From Haplodiscus bocki (lineage: Eukaryota), in contig OZ296654.1 in assembly GCA_965655095.1 (NCBI GenBank), positions 87,172,001 to 87,236,000 of the forward strand: a stretch of 64,000 nucleotides of DNA, in the 5' to 3' direction. Both the position numbers and the translations under genes were made by a program. Positions 11,839 to 25,400 of this stretch are shown piece after piece; the first letter of the stretch is position 1; the number at the start of each line of letters is the position of its first letter. The notes beneath the pieces were generated by a model, which searched no databases, had not been told where the DNA came from, and saw only the letters and a list, made by a program, of their open reading frames with translations.

Positions 11839-14687
11839 CTATCTTCGCTCAATATCTTTCAAATCAATGCAAGAAGTTTAGTCAATTTTGAACGACGTCA
11901 CAAACTGGCAAACGCTATACAAACGGGCGCGTACAATATAGTGTGTGTGTGTGTGAAACTTGGCTAAACGAACAAATCAACGACTCTGAACTCTTTCTTA
12001 GTAATTTCAACATATATAGACAAGATCGCAAACACCAGTTTACCAACACGCACGGGGGAGCGCTAATCGCAGTCAAAAACACCCTCAGCTCACACCGCTT
12101 CAAAACGAAGGAAGTCGATAGTTGCGTTCTTTGCAAAGTAAAAATCGAAGGTGTTGAAATCTACATATGCTCGTTCTACAATCCTCCGAAAACAAGTCCC
12201 TACCGTTACACAATCAATGACTTCCAGGAAATTCTACGCGAGCTGCCAAAGAGGAACATAGTACTTGTATGTGGGGATTTAAACTTCCCGAACACAAACT
12301 GGGACTCTTGGACAACTTTTGATGAGGAGGAAGCCGAGTTAATTGAACTGTTCGAAAGCAGACTGCTAAAGCAATCCATCAACTTTCCAACTTGCAACTC
12401 CAACACACTGGACGTGTTTTTCTACCAAAATTGCACGGTCTTTTCTGAAAACGATCAAAAATTCGATAAAACTTTCAATTGCTCTGACCACTTAGCAATT
12501 AAAACGTCTGTGGACTTCCGTTTCACAGAGTACAATCCGGTTCGAGAAAAATACAAAAGCTACGGGTCAGGTGACTATAAATCAATGATTGAAGAAATGG
12601 AAGGCACTCCGTTTACACCTGTATGCTTCACTAACATTGACAACATGTATGCTGAGTACATTGACTACCTTGACTGGTTGTCCGACTTACACGTTCCCAC
12701 AAGAACAAGTCACCGACAAACTCTGCCTCCCTGGATTCAACCGAGCACCTCGCACGAATTGAAAAAACTTGAAACACAGAAACGACTATTTTCTACACGC
12801 CCGACAAGCTACAGAAAATCTTATGTTTGCCAACTCGAAAACATGGTCACTGAACTCTGCGAACAAGATCGAATTGACTACCAAAACAAATTATTGGGAT
12901 CCAGGTCAACTCACAGGATCTTCAAGCACCTAAAACACCTCAACAAATCGGCAATCATCCCACTGGTGGTCGAATTAAACGGGCGTTCTGCAGAAACTGA
13001 TCAACAGAAAGCAGAACTTTTCAACGAGTTCTTCAATTCAGTTTTTGCGCCAAAAACGCGCTTCAGCAAATCAGAACTCAATTATCAGACTTCTTCTCTA
13101 TCAAACTTCTCTATATCAGTAAAAACTATCAGTAATTTCATATCAGACCTCGATATATCAAAATCGAGAGGGCCAAATGGGAAACCTCCTGTGATCTATA
13201 AATATACAAATCGTGAAATGAGCAAAACCCTGAATGTACTGTTCAAGAACATCAAACGTTTACGTAAAATGCCATCGAGCTGGAAAACAGCTGCCGTTTC
13301 ACCCATTTACAAAAAAGACGACAGAAAACTCGTTGAGAATTACAGAGGTATCTCACTTCTCGATATTGATGAAAAATTTTTTGAGAAATGCATGTACGAG
13401 CCGCTATACAAACACTTTGCATCCTACCTATCAAGGCATCAACATGGTTTCGTACGTGGACGATCAGTTTACAGCAACATGTTAAGGTTCCTGAAAGACA
13501 TTCATGAAGCTTTGGACAGGAACACCGATGACTACATCGAAGCTTTCTATGCTGATTTCTCCAAGGCCTTTGACCGAGTACCACATCAGCACTTGTGAAA
13601 CAAACTCTGCTCCATCGAAGTCGGAGGCTGTTTATTGGATCTGCTTTACGACTATTTAGACAATCGGAAACAATACGTCAGAATTGGAAACCACTGTTCT
13701 AATCTACTTGACGTAACAAGCGGGGTCCCTCAAGGATCACTTCTTGGTCCCCTTCTCTACTGCATCTTCATCAATGATCTTCCCGATGCTCTACGTTTCA
13801 GCCAACCTTACATCTTTGCAGACGATCTGAAACTCCTCTACACTGGCCAAAACCAGTTAGACGCACAATCGGACCTCTCCTCAATTGAAAAATGGGTTGA
13901 ATTAAATCAGATGAAACTTGCCATTGAAAAATGCGGAATGCTCACACTAAAAGGCAGTGACGGAAATCTATCGCTTTACAAACAAAAACTTGAGAAGGTT
14001 AACGTCATCAAAGACCTCGGAGTTTTCATCAAGAACGATCTCAGCTGGACATGCCACATAAACGAGAGACTGAAAAAATCCAACAAAGTTCTCTACTTGC
14101 TCAGGAGAAACATAGCATACTCAGTCAACACCTTCGTGAAACTTGGTCTCTACAAGTCTATTGTTCTACCAATTTTGCTGTATGGTTTTCATTGCGTCAA
14201 AGTATCTCGGACTGACCTACTCACTCTCGAACAGTTCCAAAGAAAAGTTGTCAAATGGATCTGCGGCGACTCAACCAGAAGCTACGTTGAAAAACTGCGT
14301 CTACTAAATCTCTTACCACTTCCGATTTTCTTGCAATTAGACGATCTTCTCTTCCTCTCGAAAATCTGCCAAGACGAAGACAACGAATTGAAATCAATAC
14401 TACCGCACAATCTTAGTAAAGCCGAGAATAGCACGAGAAGAAAAGAAATTTTTTCTCTAAAGAAGACACGAACGGAGAAAAGACGAAGTGAATTTATCTT
14501 TCGAACATGCAGACTAGCCAACAAAATTGACGATAAAATAAAGTTCCACGAAGCGAAAAACTTAAAAGCTAGATTAATTAAACTCATGTGGGAATTTGTG
14601 GAGAAGAAGTTCTCATCTTCAAACGTCTGCACCTGGCAATTGTGTTGCGACTGTCAAAAGTGTAGAAATCTGTGGACGATATTTTAA
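11839..14687 (+). pseudogene. LINE B ORF2 APE-RT, with one GT-slippage frameshift (near 11941-11955) and one in-frame TGA (13596-13598)
   Basis: Motifs NIFQINARSL, VCVCETWL, HGGALIAV, CGDLNFP, SDH, NYRGISLL, QHGF, DFSKAFDRVPH, GVPQGSLLGP and FADDLK. C-terminal CCDCQKC. Confidence 0.93.
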
Positions 14688-14760
14688 AAACTCTACCGGG
14701 AGAAATCCCTCCTTTACGGAAATTCACATTAACAACAACAACAACAACAACAACCAGCAA

Positions 14761-17700
14761 GAAGACTACGCCGTTAAAAGCGGTCAACTGTTATCGATTT
14801 GAGCAAATAGCTTTGGTTTGCCAACAGAAACGAACCAACCAAACAATCCGCATGGAATAAAAGCAATCTCTTCCTTAATCGTTAACTGTGATTGACCTCA
14901 AAATGTTGGTGCGAGGGTTAACTACTTGCCCGAAAATGCAAACTTATATGGTATTACATGCCGCGAGAGAGCAAACAATCGTTTCATTAACCGTGTATCT
15001 GTTGCATTAGAGGCAATTTAAGCCCGATTGACGGGTTGCGAATTGGAGAAAGTTTTGAAATTGCATTCAAAATAAAAAAAATTCGGGTACAAAACGTAGT
15101 ACAACTGTGACTCACTGGACCCGTGCGAACCTTGCTGTTCACGAGAAGCATTGAGTCAGTCGCACAGAAACAATGATGGTTATGCACGGATACTTTGTTT
15201 GGGGAGATTCCTGAGGAACGGAAAAATTGCATGGTTGGAGTTTCCTTATTACATTGTTACAGCCAGAAGAGGAGAACAGTGATCATAATGACCTGTTGTC
15301 AGTACAAACTCAGCGTGGCTAGAACTAAAATGCAGTGTGCTTGATGGTAAAAGCGGATAAATCTCGTAGCAGCAAATTGAATTGACAAGGAAACGTTTGG
15401 AATCTTTCAATTGGTATGCCTCTTTCTTAATCCTTTATGATTGTTCTGCTGGAAAATTCATTCTTGGAAGGTCTTCCTCAATCAATATAATGTTTTGATT
15501 ATGGACGTGAACTCAAACAATTGGCCACAAGGGACCGGCCCCACAACCAACTGACAGCAGTCTTCCACGAAGCTGGCAATGACTTACCAGTTTTCTTAAC
15601 ACTCTAGTTGAAAACGTTATGACTTAACACCTAAAAAGAAGACAGTAAAATTGCAAGTCCAGAAGCATTCTGATTGTTCACTTTTTTAACAATTATGAAG
15701 GGAAGTCTTTGTCGCCAAGGGTGAACGCTTTGCTCAACCACTTTCAGCTGTATAAGAATCTTTCAACCTGGTCAATCTTTGTTTCGGTTTTTGAGAAAAG
15801 ACACAAACACGTCTTTCTGTGGATATGTGGTAAGTACCCTCGCAAAAGTAGGGATCTTAGACACTCAACAAGAAAACCAATTACTACCAACATAAAAGTG
15901 CATGTGTCTGATGAGAATATGGTTGATCAAATTTCAGTTTTTCCATAATCCGACTACACGTCCATGACAAAGTCTGCACACCACCTAGATGTTTTCTTGA
16001 AAGAAAAGGAACAAATATAGACTCAGCCAATTTGAGTTCGATTCCAGAAGAATTTGAGACGAGACGCTTGTACCACTTGCATTTAGAATGGAAGCGGAAG
16101 TGATGTTGTGGGAGTATTGTGATATCTTGATGACTCATCAGGCAGACATAGGTAGGCTCACTCTCTGGATAAATGGCAGATACTTGGTTCAAAAAACCGT
16201 TTTGGACACTAGTTAGCCAAAAGACTGAAAAGAAAGAATTATTAAAATGCGAACCAGGACCTACGCCATCATTAGCTGTAGGCACGTATGCACCATCGTT
16301 TTTGCGTTGGACACTTGGTGTGCTAATGGTTAACAAGAAGGACATTGAAATGCGTTTATGTTGCAATTTCCGGTATTAGACTGACGTAATCGTCAAAAAT
16401 GTCTGCAGTGATCCAAAGATGTACAAATATCCATCTTTTTTAGGCAAAAAAAACTTTTTCAACATCCCACTTCTGGCCGAAGGTTTTTGACAGATACCCT
16501 CGAATTGTCAGGAACAACAAAAACCAACTCACTGGTCAAATGGAATCGTATGCTATTCAGTTCATGGTTTTTGACGCCAAGTTCCATCAGGCGATAAACA
16601 AAGTGTTCTCGCATTCATTTAGTCACAAAAAAGAAGAGATAGTGTGTTTATTTCGTTACCTCGACATCATAGTCACTATGTAATTACGGCGAAGTTAACT
16701 GTAATCAAGACAAAAACGAAATAAATAGGACCAAAGCCAAAAATCTGCAACGCACCCTCATTGCAGAAGGTAATATAACTGATCAAATTTCTGAAAACAA
16801 ATTGCGCAATTTGTTGGGCCGAAAAAATGATCAATTAGCAGTTTTTGTGAGTTCGGAAACAATATAGGGAGTTAGTTCTAAAATATGCTGTCAAAACACA
16901 ACCTAGGGTCAAAGTGACTCATGATCATTTTACGTTACTGTGGTAATTATATGCGCAACAAATCTTTGAATAAATCAAAATAACTTATCCAACGGACCTC
17001 TAACTTTAATCACGCGCGGAGGACACCAGATGATAGACACCGATGTTATCACGTGGGATTGTCCGCAGAATATTGCACCAGGAACAGGATTGGCATTGGC
17101 GAAACGACCGTGCCCTGCCAACTCTGTGAGCGCTTCCTTGAATGCCACATAGATGATATATGGCGTTCCGAATATATGTCGTCTCACTAAATTTGAAAGA
17201 ACATGCAACCAGCGTTTGATTTTTCGAAGATTTTTTGAAACTCAGGCGCACTGATGCCGTGATAGTACCGCTTAGATGCTTATGCAAAACAATCATCCAC
17301 TGATGGAGCCTTGAGCCCTGAAATGCAATTTCTGGCAAAAAAGGCACAAAAAGCGAAAAAAAACAGTATCTCATCAACTAGCAAAAAACGGTTTGTGCAA
17401 GATATGCTCTCGAAGACCAAGTAGCCTTTGAATTTCAAAACTTCACACTGGGGCTATATGTTTTCCATTCAAAAAAAAGTATGGAACGGAATATGGACAA
17501 CGTGAAAAATTTGCCAGTTGCCCCGCTTGTCATGAACGAAGTCACCTCAAGGCGGTAAGTGATTTGCTTTGAAAAACCGGTGAGCGCAAACTTCAGCGAA
17601 ATGACCACAGCAAGATTTGTAAATCCAAAGCCGGGCGAACAGGGTTTTTAGTGCTGATTGACCACTTTACTGAATATGCAAAAGCTATACCTTGCGAAAT

Positions 17701-18400
17701 GGAAGAAAACACACCCCAGGCCACCGTTAGATTACTACTGACTCGTTGGTTTGCACAGAATGGTACATTTTCAAACTTGCAATCTGATAAAGGAACTCAA
17801 TTCGCTGCTGATTTAACTCCAAAAGATGTCAGAATGACCAGTCTCATCCAAAATTATCCCATAGCTAACCATTCATAGACCCAAGAGACCGACATTCTAT
17901 TGTCGGAAAACAAAATCGCACGCCTTTTATTTAGTTTTCAGCTTATTGTAGTGGGAGGATGAATCAATGGGACGTGTACCTCGAATAAGTTCTGGTTATT
18001 TGCAAAAATATTACGAGTAAGTTGGATTTTCGCCGTAGTAGCTAACCATAGAGAAAAGTCCCTTCCATTACCCGACAACTTGATTCTCAACAAAAGATGT
18101 GGCTGATCACCTTCAAAAAAAAACAAGATATACTTGAATTGGCTCTCATTAATATTTACTAAGCTCCGCTCGAGCACAAAAAGCATTTTTACAAACGCCT
18201 CAAAAGTGCAGCTTTTAACCAATGTGACAAATTCACGAGCTTTTGTCGGCTTATCCCATAAAGAGACACAAAAAATCTGTTACATCTATAAAGAGGACTG
18301 TTTGCAATCAACGATATGGTACAGGAAGAACGACGGTACCTCTTAGATGGATTTAATGTACCTTTGCAACGTTCCAAACTACTCGTCTGTGATCCTAAGG
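14761..18400 (+). mobile_element. Highly decayed Ty3/gypsy pol remnant (RT/RNase H traces, integrase core, GPY/F region)
   Basis: 17651-17830 reads LIDHFTEYAKAIP...LLLTRWFAQNG...QSDKGTQF, matching an rve core. About 18310-18380 reads like a GPY/F module. Upstream RT and RNase H traces are weak. Confidence 0.6.
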
Positions 18401-21400
18401 TTTGCTATTTGAAACAGGGAGTAATTGAAGCAAGGATTATTTTTTATCACTTGCTAATGATCCTGTCGTCTGCTTGATTTAGACTTTGATAAGAAATCTT
18501 GCATAGAAGATGAGACACTGTCGGATCTGTCAGTCACTGTCACTTTTAAGATGCAAGCCCCTGGCGATTGCTTTTGACAGCAATGCCTGCCACAAAGCGC
18601 ACCAACGTAACCGAGACCAGGAATGCCTCGTCGCCGGTATGTGGACATTTATTTATTTCCAGACCTCTCCGATGAACACCTTTAAGATCCCGTCTTGCAT
18701 TCAGCTAAGAGACAGCACAATGGTCCCTATCATATTCCCAGTTCAGAGATGTTTCTCCCGATTCGTAGGATACTTCTGAAGATTTTATTTCGCTTGAAGA
18801 GTTGTAGTGAGTCTAGTTTTCACCAAGTAACCGTTCTTGTCCTCCCAGAGCCCACCACGGAAATTAGGGCATTGAAATTGCTCAAAGTCGAGAGTGTGGA
18901 GGATTTCTCATGGTCTCGTACTTGACGACCTGTTGCCTTGCACAATGTTGTGTGACGTGTGGTGCGGTTGAGTTTTTGTTTTCGAATGACTTGTTTCTAT
19001 TACTTTGAGTAGTGGTGGCTGAATTTTTTATTCTTTCTTAACTATACGTCTTAAATAATCCACTCTATGGTGTTTGGTATAACTGGAAGACGTTCAGTTC
19101 ACAACCATGCATTCGCCAGTACTGCAGACCTTGCACGTTCTACTTGGTTCCTGGACAAATGCTACGCTGGTACCTTACCGTCACTTAGCTCACCGCACGG
19201 TATAGAGTGAATTTAGTTAGGAATATTATCAACTCTATGCAAACGAGTTGTTTCTTAATTCTAAATTTTATAGTCTCGATTAATGGTGGTGGTGGTTCTG
19301 ACTTTCTATCTTCTCAAATTTTAACAAGCTCTGAACAAATTTCATCTTTCTTTATTTTCTTTCGAATGCGTGTTTCAGGTTCTCGTCACGTAAATGGTTT
19401 TGTTAGTAGTAAGTCTGGGATTACTTCACTACCATTGAATTGAAAAAGTAGTTTTAACTATTTTGGGTTTACAAAAATTTTGATCTGTTTAGAGCTTGCT
19501 ATGGTAAAAGTGAAAGAAATAAAATTATGAAGTTGATTGAATATTTTCTTTTCGTTAAGATACAGTCTATCAAAATTTCTGATTTACAATAAATGAACTT
19601 ATTAATTAACAAAGAACAGAACTCACGACATGTTGGTTTGAATACTAGTGTAGTTGATCGGTGATGTCTTCGTGGGGTTGTCTTTGGATATGGGAGGTCG
19701 TTGTCGAGGTTGTTTATCAAAATCGAAAGCGTACAAAACGAGGTTGAAAGAATATCAAAAATTGTAAAAGATTCTGAATTTTATACAAGTCGAACATCGA
19801 ACGTTCAATTCAATTTTCAAAATTTTCAAAGACGTCTAACGTCAAAAGAAAGAAAACTCAAAATTTCAAAAAGTGCAAAATTTACGTGTTCAAAAGTTAA
19901 CAAACGGGTCTCTAAAGAGAGAGTTTTGGCGCTGGTGCCTTTTATACTTAGCTTGACATGCTCAACTTTATTTTGCTGGTCATTGTCTGGTGCATGACCT
20001 GACTTTTCATGCTTCAAGGTTTAACTATTTTTGGGGTATCTGTCAAGGAATCGTCCCCAAAAGTTACTATTATTATTTCAACTGCTGTAAGTTTGAAGCG
20101 TGGACGAAATTTTGTTGTTGGCTTCAAGAGAAATAATTTTTGATCATAAAGCAGTTGATAGTTACTAATTCTGTAAGTAACTAAAATTTGATGGCGGCCA
20201 AATTTGATGACGTTCGTTGTTTTGAATTGTGGCGGTCATCTCCACAACAGAAGCTGTTTCGTCAGGAGAATAATTATAGACTGTCTTCTGAAGTGGCTGG
20301 CGTGATAGAATGTTGCCATCTGTAGCGACGTGATCAAATATTTGATATAAAGCACCGGATAAGTGAGTTCTTTAATTATAAAAAGCATCGATTAAGTGGT
20401 TAAAATATTCAAGTTATGTCATGTTTAAGTTTAACGTTGTTTAATAATTCTGCGTTCGTTCATTTTGTTGACCTTCAGCATTGTCATAGTAGCTAGAGGT
20501 TCCTACAACAATAAGACCCAGTTTTGAGGGTGGTTTTTATTACTGACAGTTAATTCTTCGCAAATCAAATAGAGGATTGTCATATGACCTGCTAATAAAT
20601 CATGTAAGTCAAATCTCAGCGACAAAACCAACTGAAACACATAAGAGTTGGTTTAGTTGTTCGTAGAGATACAGATATGTAGTTTTTGATATTAACAAAA
20701 ATGAGTGAAATGAATAAAATTATTATTGCATATACTTTGTTTATACACGTATCATCTTGTTCACTTAGCTGAAATCTTGCTCATATTGGTAAGGGATTTA
20801 GAAGAAACCTTGGATGTTTGGTAAGATTCTTGGTAATATCTTGTCAAGAAACTCAAAATATCGCCAAGAGTCCTAGGCAAGTGTTTCTAGGATCTTGATA
20901 TGCAACCAACAATCCAAGGTAGGCAGTTTCTTTTGGAACTTCCGTAATGAACTGAAAATTGATTTCTCTCAATTTACCGCAGTGATAGCTTTTTGAAAAG
21001 GTGAAAAGGTTGATCATGAACTAAGTATTAAAACCAGTTCGCTAGTCGAAATGAATCTTGTGGGAATCATCCTAGCGCGTATGTTTCAGTTAGTCGCAGT
21101 TTTTCTTGATTTGAGGACGATTGTTTGACTGTTTATCTTTGGAAGTTTACGTCAGGTAAAATTTTGACTGATTGACCATTGAGATTTTTTTGATTGAGAA
21201 CGAGTTTTACAGGTGTTTCGTTACTAGGGGGCTCAAACAACCAAAAAACATTTTTCGCTACTTAGGTGCTTTTCATTGAAAAAGTGTTACTTTTATGCAC
21301 GCAAAAACTTCGACTTTTGATTTTTGCGTAGTTTTGTCGCAAATTTATCGGAGGATTTTTTTCTCCAAAATCATCCACACTTTTGACTGATTTTGGAATT

Positions 21401-22254
21401 TATAGCAACTTTTTCACTTTTTTGGTATAATTTTTGGCTTTCCTGCAAAAACTTCGAATTTAAAAAATCCCACATGGGTCCTAAAAACCGTTATCAATTA
21501 ATAAAGGCCATGTTGGAAAATAAAACTTGGTTTAAAACATGGCTGACTTCCGCTTTTAATTACTCCGAATTTTTTGGGTCAACAATCACGCCATGGTGAG
21601 TATGAGCGTATGAAACACCCTGATTATACCCTGCAATATGATGGTTGTCTTCTTTTTAACCCAGCCTTAGTAAATAGTTTATGGAGTGGACATACCAGGC
21701 GCGAATTTGAGAAATTTTTGAGAAAGTTAGTGGAGCAAGTACGAGTTCAAGTTCTGGAAAATTACTGAAAGTTTTTTCGGTGCATTTTATTAACAAGTGT
21801 TTTTGAAGATCTTTCTTTTTTGTAATGATGGGGCTTTAAGTTTGAACTTGCATTTGGTAGCCCTGCGAATGTCAGTGACCATGTCATCACGAGCCAAGAC
21901 GACAAAAAAGTTGAACATGTAAAGACTTGACTTTTGAGTTCGAGATTACAAAAATTCGAGTCTTGCAAAAGTTCCGACAGTTTTAACTCTTGTTATAATT
22001 TCGTTCGCTTTACATTTTAATGTCTTGGTGCTCTTGGCCATATTTCTTCTTTTTAGTCGCTGTTGTTACCTGTGGCTAATTTCAACTTGGAAGATTTTCC
22101 ATTTACCTTAGACCCCAGAAAATAAGTCTCATATATCTAAAAATTTCTGACCAAGCTTGCGAACCAGTCAATGGTGCCTGCATGAATCATTAATGAAAAA
22201 TCGATGTTTTGTGCTCTGTAATCACTGGTGATCTTCAATTTTTCCATCAAAGTC

Positions 22255-22452
22255 ATCAATGTTTCCTCAATGTTACAATGTTACATCGAGGTTTCTTCAG
22301 AGAATCATCAACGAAACATCAATGGAGCATCAATGTTTCAGAGATTAGCACATTGCAAACATTAATAATCTTTAATGTTTATATCGAAATCATCAATGTT
22401 TCATCAATGTTTCATCAATGTTGCATCAATGTTGCATCGTTGTCTCTTCAAT
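22255..22452. repeat. Degenerate minisatellite of CATCAATGTTT-like 11-bp units
   Basis: Repeated catcaatgtt(t/g), clearest at 22391-22440. Confidence 0.75.
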
Positions 22453-25400
22453 GAACAGACAGAAAATACCTGCTTTTATGATAACGACAGCGATGGTTCA
22501 TCAAAGTTTTCTATGTGTTCTGGACTGGGGTAAGGAACTTCAACAAAGTCTTGCCTTTCCGACGTATGACAATCAAACAATTTTAAAAAAAAAATAAAGA
22601 CAATCAAGGAGTTCAAGAGTGTCATGCAAATACTTATCGAAAGTTATACGCAGTTTTTGTAACAATGAAGATTAGTTTACCGTTTGAAACAGGTTATATC
22701 AAAAATTTATTGGTAATCCGAGATATAAAACTGATTGATGTTTTCCACAAATTTCACAGAGGTGCAAAAGTATGTGATTGTAAGAAAGAAGGAGTCTCAA
22801 ATCAATAAAACAAGTGGTTATGGTTAATAAATATTAGTAATGATGTAAGAAACAAAATTGAAATTTGGGGAGTAGCCATAAACGCTTTTGACGTTTCTGC
22901 TTCATGAAGCAATTTATTGATGCTGTTTCTTGGCTCGGAAATTATTCTTTGCTCAACACGCTTCATTGTCTGTCGAGGAAGACTTTTGGTGCAGTCATCA
23001 TCGGTTGCTCTTTTGATCACGCCTTTGGTGACGTGGTTCACGCTCCAATTACGCCAATTCGTGATTCCTTGCCCAGAATCCCAGATTGGCTGAATTAATT
23101 TCATTCAGAGAAGAAACTCAAGATGGGCCCGACTCTTTTGGAGCGGAATTGATTCGATTAAGAGCGTTAAAACTGGCCAAATAAGATTTGATGAAATGGA
23201 TGAGAGAAATCGTTGAACTTATAATTGCAATAAAGTTGGCAAAAATCTCGAGGTAAATAAGGGCCCCGTAAAAACCGAGGTAAACAAGTAGTTTTTTCCA
23301 TGACTTCCCATAATTCTTAACAGTCAGAAAAGTCTACATTCATGCTGTTCAAATCACCAATTTTAGCGCGCGTATGATTTATGATTAGATCGATTTGTTC
23401 TGTCTGAACACAATAAACAGCCAAAATCTTGAAATTTCAAGTTTGTACGTGAAGATTTCCCCAGAATTGATGAAGTGTCTCGAAAATTTTGGTATAAAAC
23501 TGTGCTATTTTAAAGCTTCTGGTTATTATGTTAGTACCCTTTTAAAAAAATTTTGAATTAGATGCTTCGAAAATGTCAAATGTACCCTTTCAACAGTCTT
23601 TGCACTCACCACTTGAAATCAATTTATGCCGTTTCTGCAGCTGCCAATGTAAAAACGATGTTGTATAATCTTGGAACTTTTTTAAAATTTTTTTCAAACT
23701 GAGCTGATTTTTGAGGAGCTCTGCAACATTTACTCAGAGGTCAAGTAGAGCTTCGCAAAGCTAGCAAAACAAAAACCTCTTATTATCCAAAAATTTGGAA
23801 CAGCAGTCCATGAAAAATGTAAAACTTAACGGTTTTTTGGCTCAATCTGGAATCAGTTTGGAAAAATACTTCAAAATTTTGAGACATTCAACACTTTCAA
23901 TTCAGTTTAATTGAACACGTTGTCACGAACATGATTCGGACAGCAAAAGTAGTTTTTTTTTGTAAATGAAAAACCCAAAAAAACTAAGCGTAGAAGATAA
24001 AGCAATGAAAAATCTACGAAGTTCGGAAGTTTAGGTGATTCTCGTTTAACTTAATCCATCGAAAAACGTCAATAAGAGATGATTTCGGATTTTCATGCTG
24101 TATTTAGCACTATCATGCTTCTATTTTCTATTGCTTGGGCCTTGTAGCTAAAAAGTGGATACGGAACGCAAAAAGAGGAAGACTATTGGAAAATCCGGAA
24201 ATTAGCTAACTTTGGTTTACTTTAAAACCCTAAAAACGGAACTGTTTGACAAAAAAAATCACAATTCGAAAAAAACGCTTCGAAATCACATTTTGTGTTG
24301 ATATATGCTGAATGTGTCGTTAGAAAGATTAATCATAATGTAAAAGAACGAAAGTTGCTAAAAAAAATTCCATTCTGCTTGAATTCTTTTTAGTTCTATT
24401 GAACGTTCATTCTCTCTTTTAGAGAGTTTTCGTGTGTTCTTACTGCAGAATGGATTGTGAAGCCGAAAACATCAGCACGTATGTTTTCCGATGTGGCACA
24501 GATTCGGCTCATTTGTTTGATTTACCGTCTGATCAGTAGAGTTATTGCATTACAGAGGGCACTTGTAATGATGCAAGTTTTCGGTCGAAACTTACCGGTG
24601 TCTGTTAGTGTCCTTCTATGTATCTTTCACCTTTGAGCTTCAGTCAGAATCTAGCGCCAATATTTTTTCACATTCCATGGTTATTTCTGAACTGTTGGTT
24701 TTGGTGTGTTCGAAACTGCCAATTTATAAAATGCTCAGCAATACTTGTATCTACATACTACATAGAATGTTATATAATATATAATCCCTTTCATATTAAG
24801 GAGGAGAAGTGAATTAATATAATATATTCGCATTTATACCTTTATGCAATTTTCGGGTACAGAAGTTGCACTAACATCTTATTTAATATAGTTCTCAAAC
24901 GGCTTGTATTGACATTTTCTACAGGATTTATAGGAGCGGATTCGACCAGAAAAATGGAGGGCTGGTTGCAGCTGACTCCCAGGGATTACGTAGGCACTCT
25001 TCAATGCTCGAATTCTTTTCGGGTATTTTCCAAAAGCGATGCGTACGGTCAACTTTTTTCACAGAATCAAAAACTAAGTAAACGGGGAAACAAGAAAAAC
25101 TGGCGCCCCCAACATTGTAAGATCTGAAAACAATCATGAACAATGATAAATGGCTCCAAAAATACTTCCAGTTGAAACTGTGTTTTAGACAAAAGTAAAC
25201 AAAACATTTGGGGAATCGAATTCTTATAAATAATTCAACTGCTATACAAGTATTTATAATTACTTTCAAGTAATAAAAAGCACTGAGTTCCTGTCAGGTA
25301 TCTTTTCAAAATTAAAAGAAAATGATTTATAAAAGCCAGTGTACAATATTAAACTAAAATCAGCTGAGTCGTTGAAACCGTCTGTTTTCTTCAGTAATAT

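Larger units (their letters stand above)
10194..14754 (+). mobile_element. Full-length three-ORF CR1-group LINE (LINE B)
   Basis: Flanked by CAGCAA direct repeats (10188-10193 and 14755-14760). Has an (AAC)8 tail at 14731-14754 and contains ORF0, ORF1 and ORF2. Confidence 0.9.

Noticed and set aside
13596-13598. Second readthrough site in LINE B ORF2
   Set aside because: TGA-AAC replaces a conserved Leu in the RT motif PHxxLLxKL and lacks a leaky context, so it is an ordinary nonsense mutation.
18930-20700. Possible further decayed retroelement on the minus strand
   Set aside because: Composition is suggestive, but no diagnostic motif could be read with confidence.
22802-23104. Possible host exon (open frames on both strands, slightly higher GC)
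   Set aside because: No recognisable domain and no supportable splice structure.
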